Of a stretch of 64,000 bases of DNA, positions 63,632-64,000 are shown in pieces. Positions within the stretch are counted from its first letter, which is position 1. Every line of letters starts with the position of its first letter. The translations under genes and the position numbers were made by a program. The stretch spans positions 1,674,001 to 1,738,000 of the forward strand of contig NC_052171.1 of assembly GCF_902713615.1 (NCBI RefSeq). The letters run 5' to 3'. Source of the stretch: Scyliorhinus canicula. Lineage: Eukaryota. The notes below the pieces were generated by a model. The model was given only the letters and a program-made list of their open reading frames with translations. It had not been told where the DNA came from and searched no databases.

Positions 63632-64000
63632 TGCGCACGCGCCACTGAGGACTGGAGGGGAGGTGCTGTTTGCGCACGCGCGGCTGGCCGGAGGACTGGA
63701 AGGGAGGGGCTGTTTGCGCACGCGCGGCTGGCCGGAGGACTGGAAGGGAGGGGCTGTTTGCGCACGCACGGCTGGCCGGAGGACTGGAGGGGCTATTTGC
63801 GCACGCGCGGAGGACTGGAGGGGCTGTTTGCGCACGCGCGGCTGGCCGGGGGACTGGAGGGGAGGGGCTGTTTGCGCACGCGCGGCTGGCCGGAGGACTG
63901 GAGGGGCTGTTTGCGCACGCGCGGCTGGCCGGAGGACTGGAGGGGAGGGGCTGTTTGCGCACGCGCGGCTGGCCGGAGGACTGGAGGGACTGTTTGCGCA
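63632..64000. repeat. GC-rich minisatellite (31/39/44-bp units) running off the window end
   Basis: TGCGCACGCRC core at 63632, 63671, 63715, 63759, 63798, 63829, 63873, 63912, 63956 and 63995 (truncated). Confidence 0.95.

Noticed and set aside
63169-63962. Repetitive ORFs and a superficially CRISPR-like periodic array
   Set aside because: Translations of tandem repeats with no unique spacers, in a eukaryotic context.

Overview
Vertebrate genomic DNA, most likely a cartilaginous fish (shark), inferred from HE1/V-SINE-type, Deu-type, CR1, L1 and Penelope repeats. Four intron-containing genes could be assembled by hand: the 3' 34 coding exons of SNRNP200/Brr2 (+, 535-25085), CIAO1 (-, 38892-32970), TMEM127 (+, 39221-41508, head-to-head with CIAO1 across a 328-bp CpG-rich promoter) and NCAPH (-, 61060-45519, one GC-AG intron, promoter at ~63.6 kb). 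Most other ORF-track entries are intronic noise or retroelement remnants. The best leads are: (1) an intact minimal type I hammerhead ribozyme, sense to TMEM127 intron 1, inside a self-complementary Penelope-type insert within a three-level nest; (2) one SINE core carrying three different tails, where the short-tail subfamily has long L1-type TSDs and the CR1-tail subfamily does not; (3) an NRF1-motif minisatellite and a triplicated splice donor at the NCAPH promoter; (4) a Pumilio/CPE cluster in the NCAPH 3'UTR. No new protein-coding system was found. Repeat family names and human comparisons are from recall, not from searches, and repeat boundaries are approximate.
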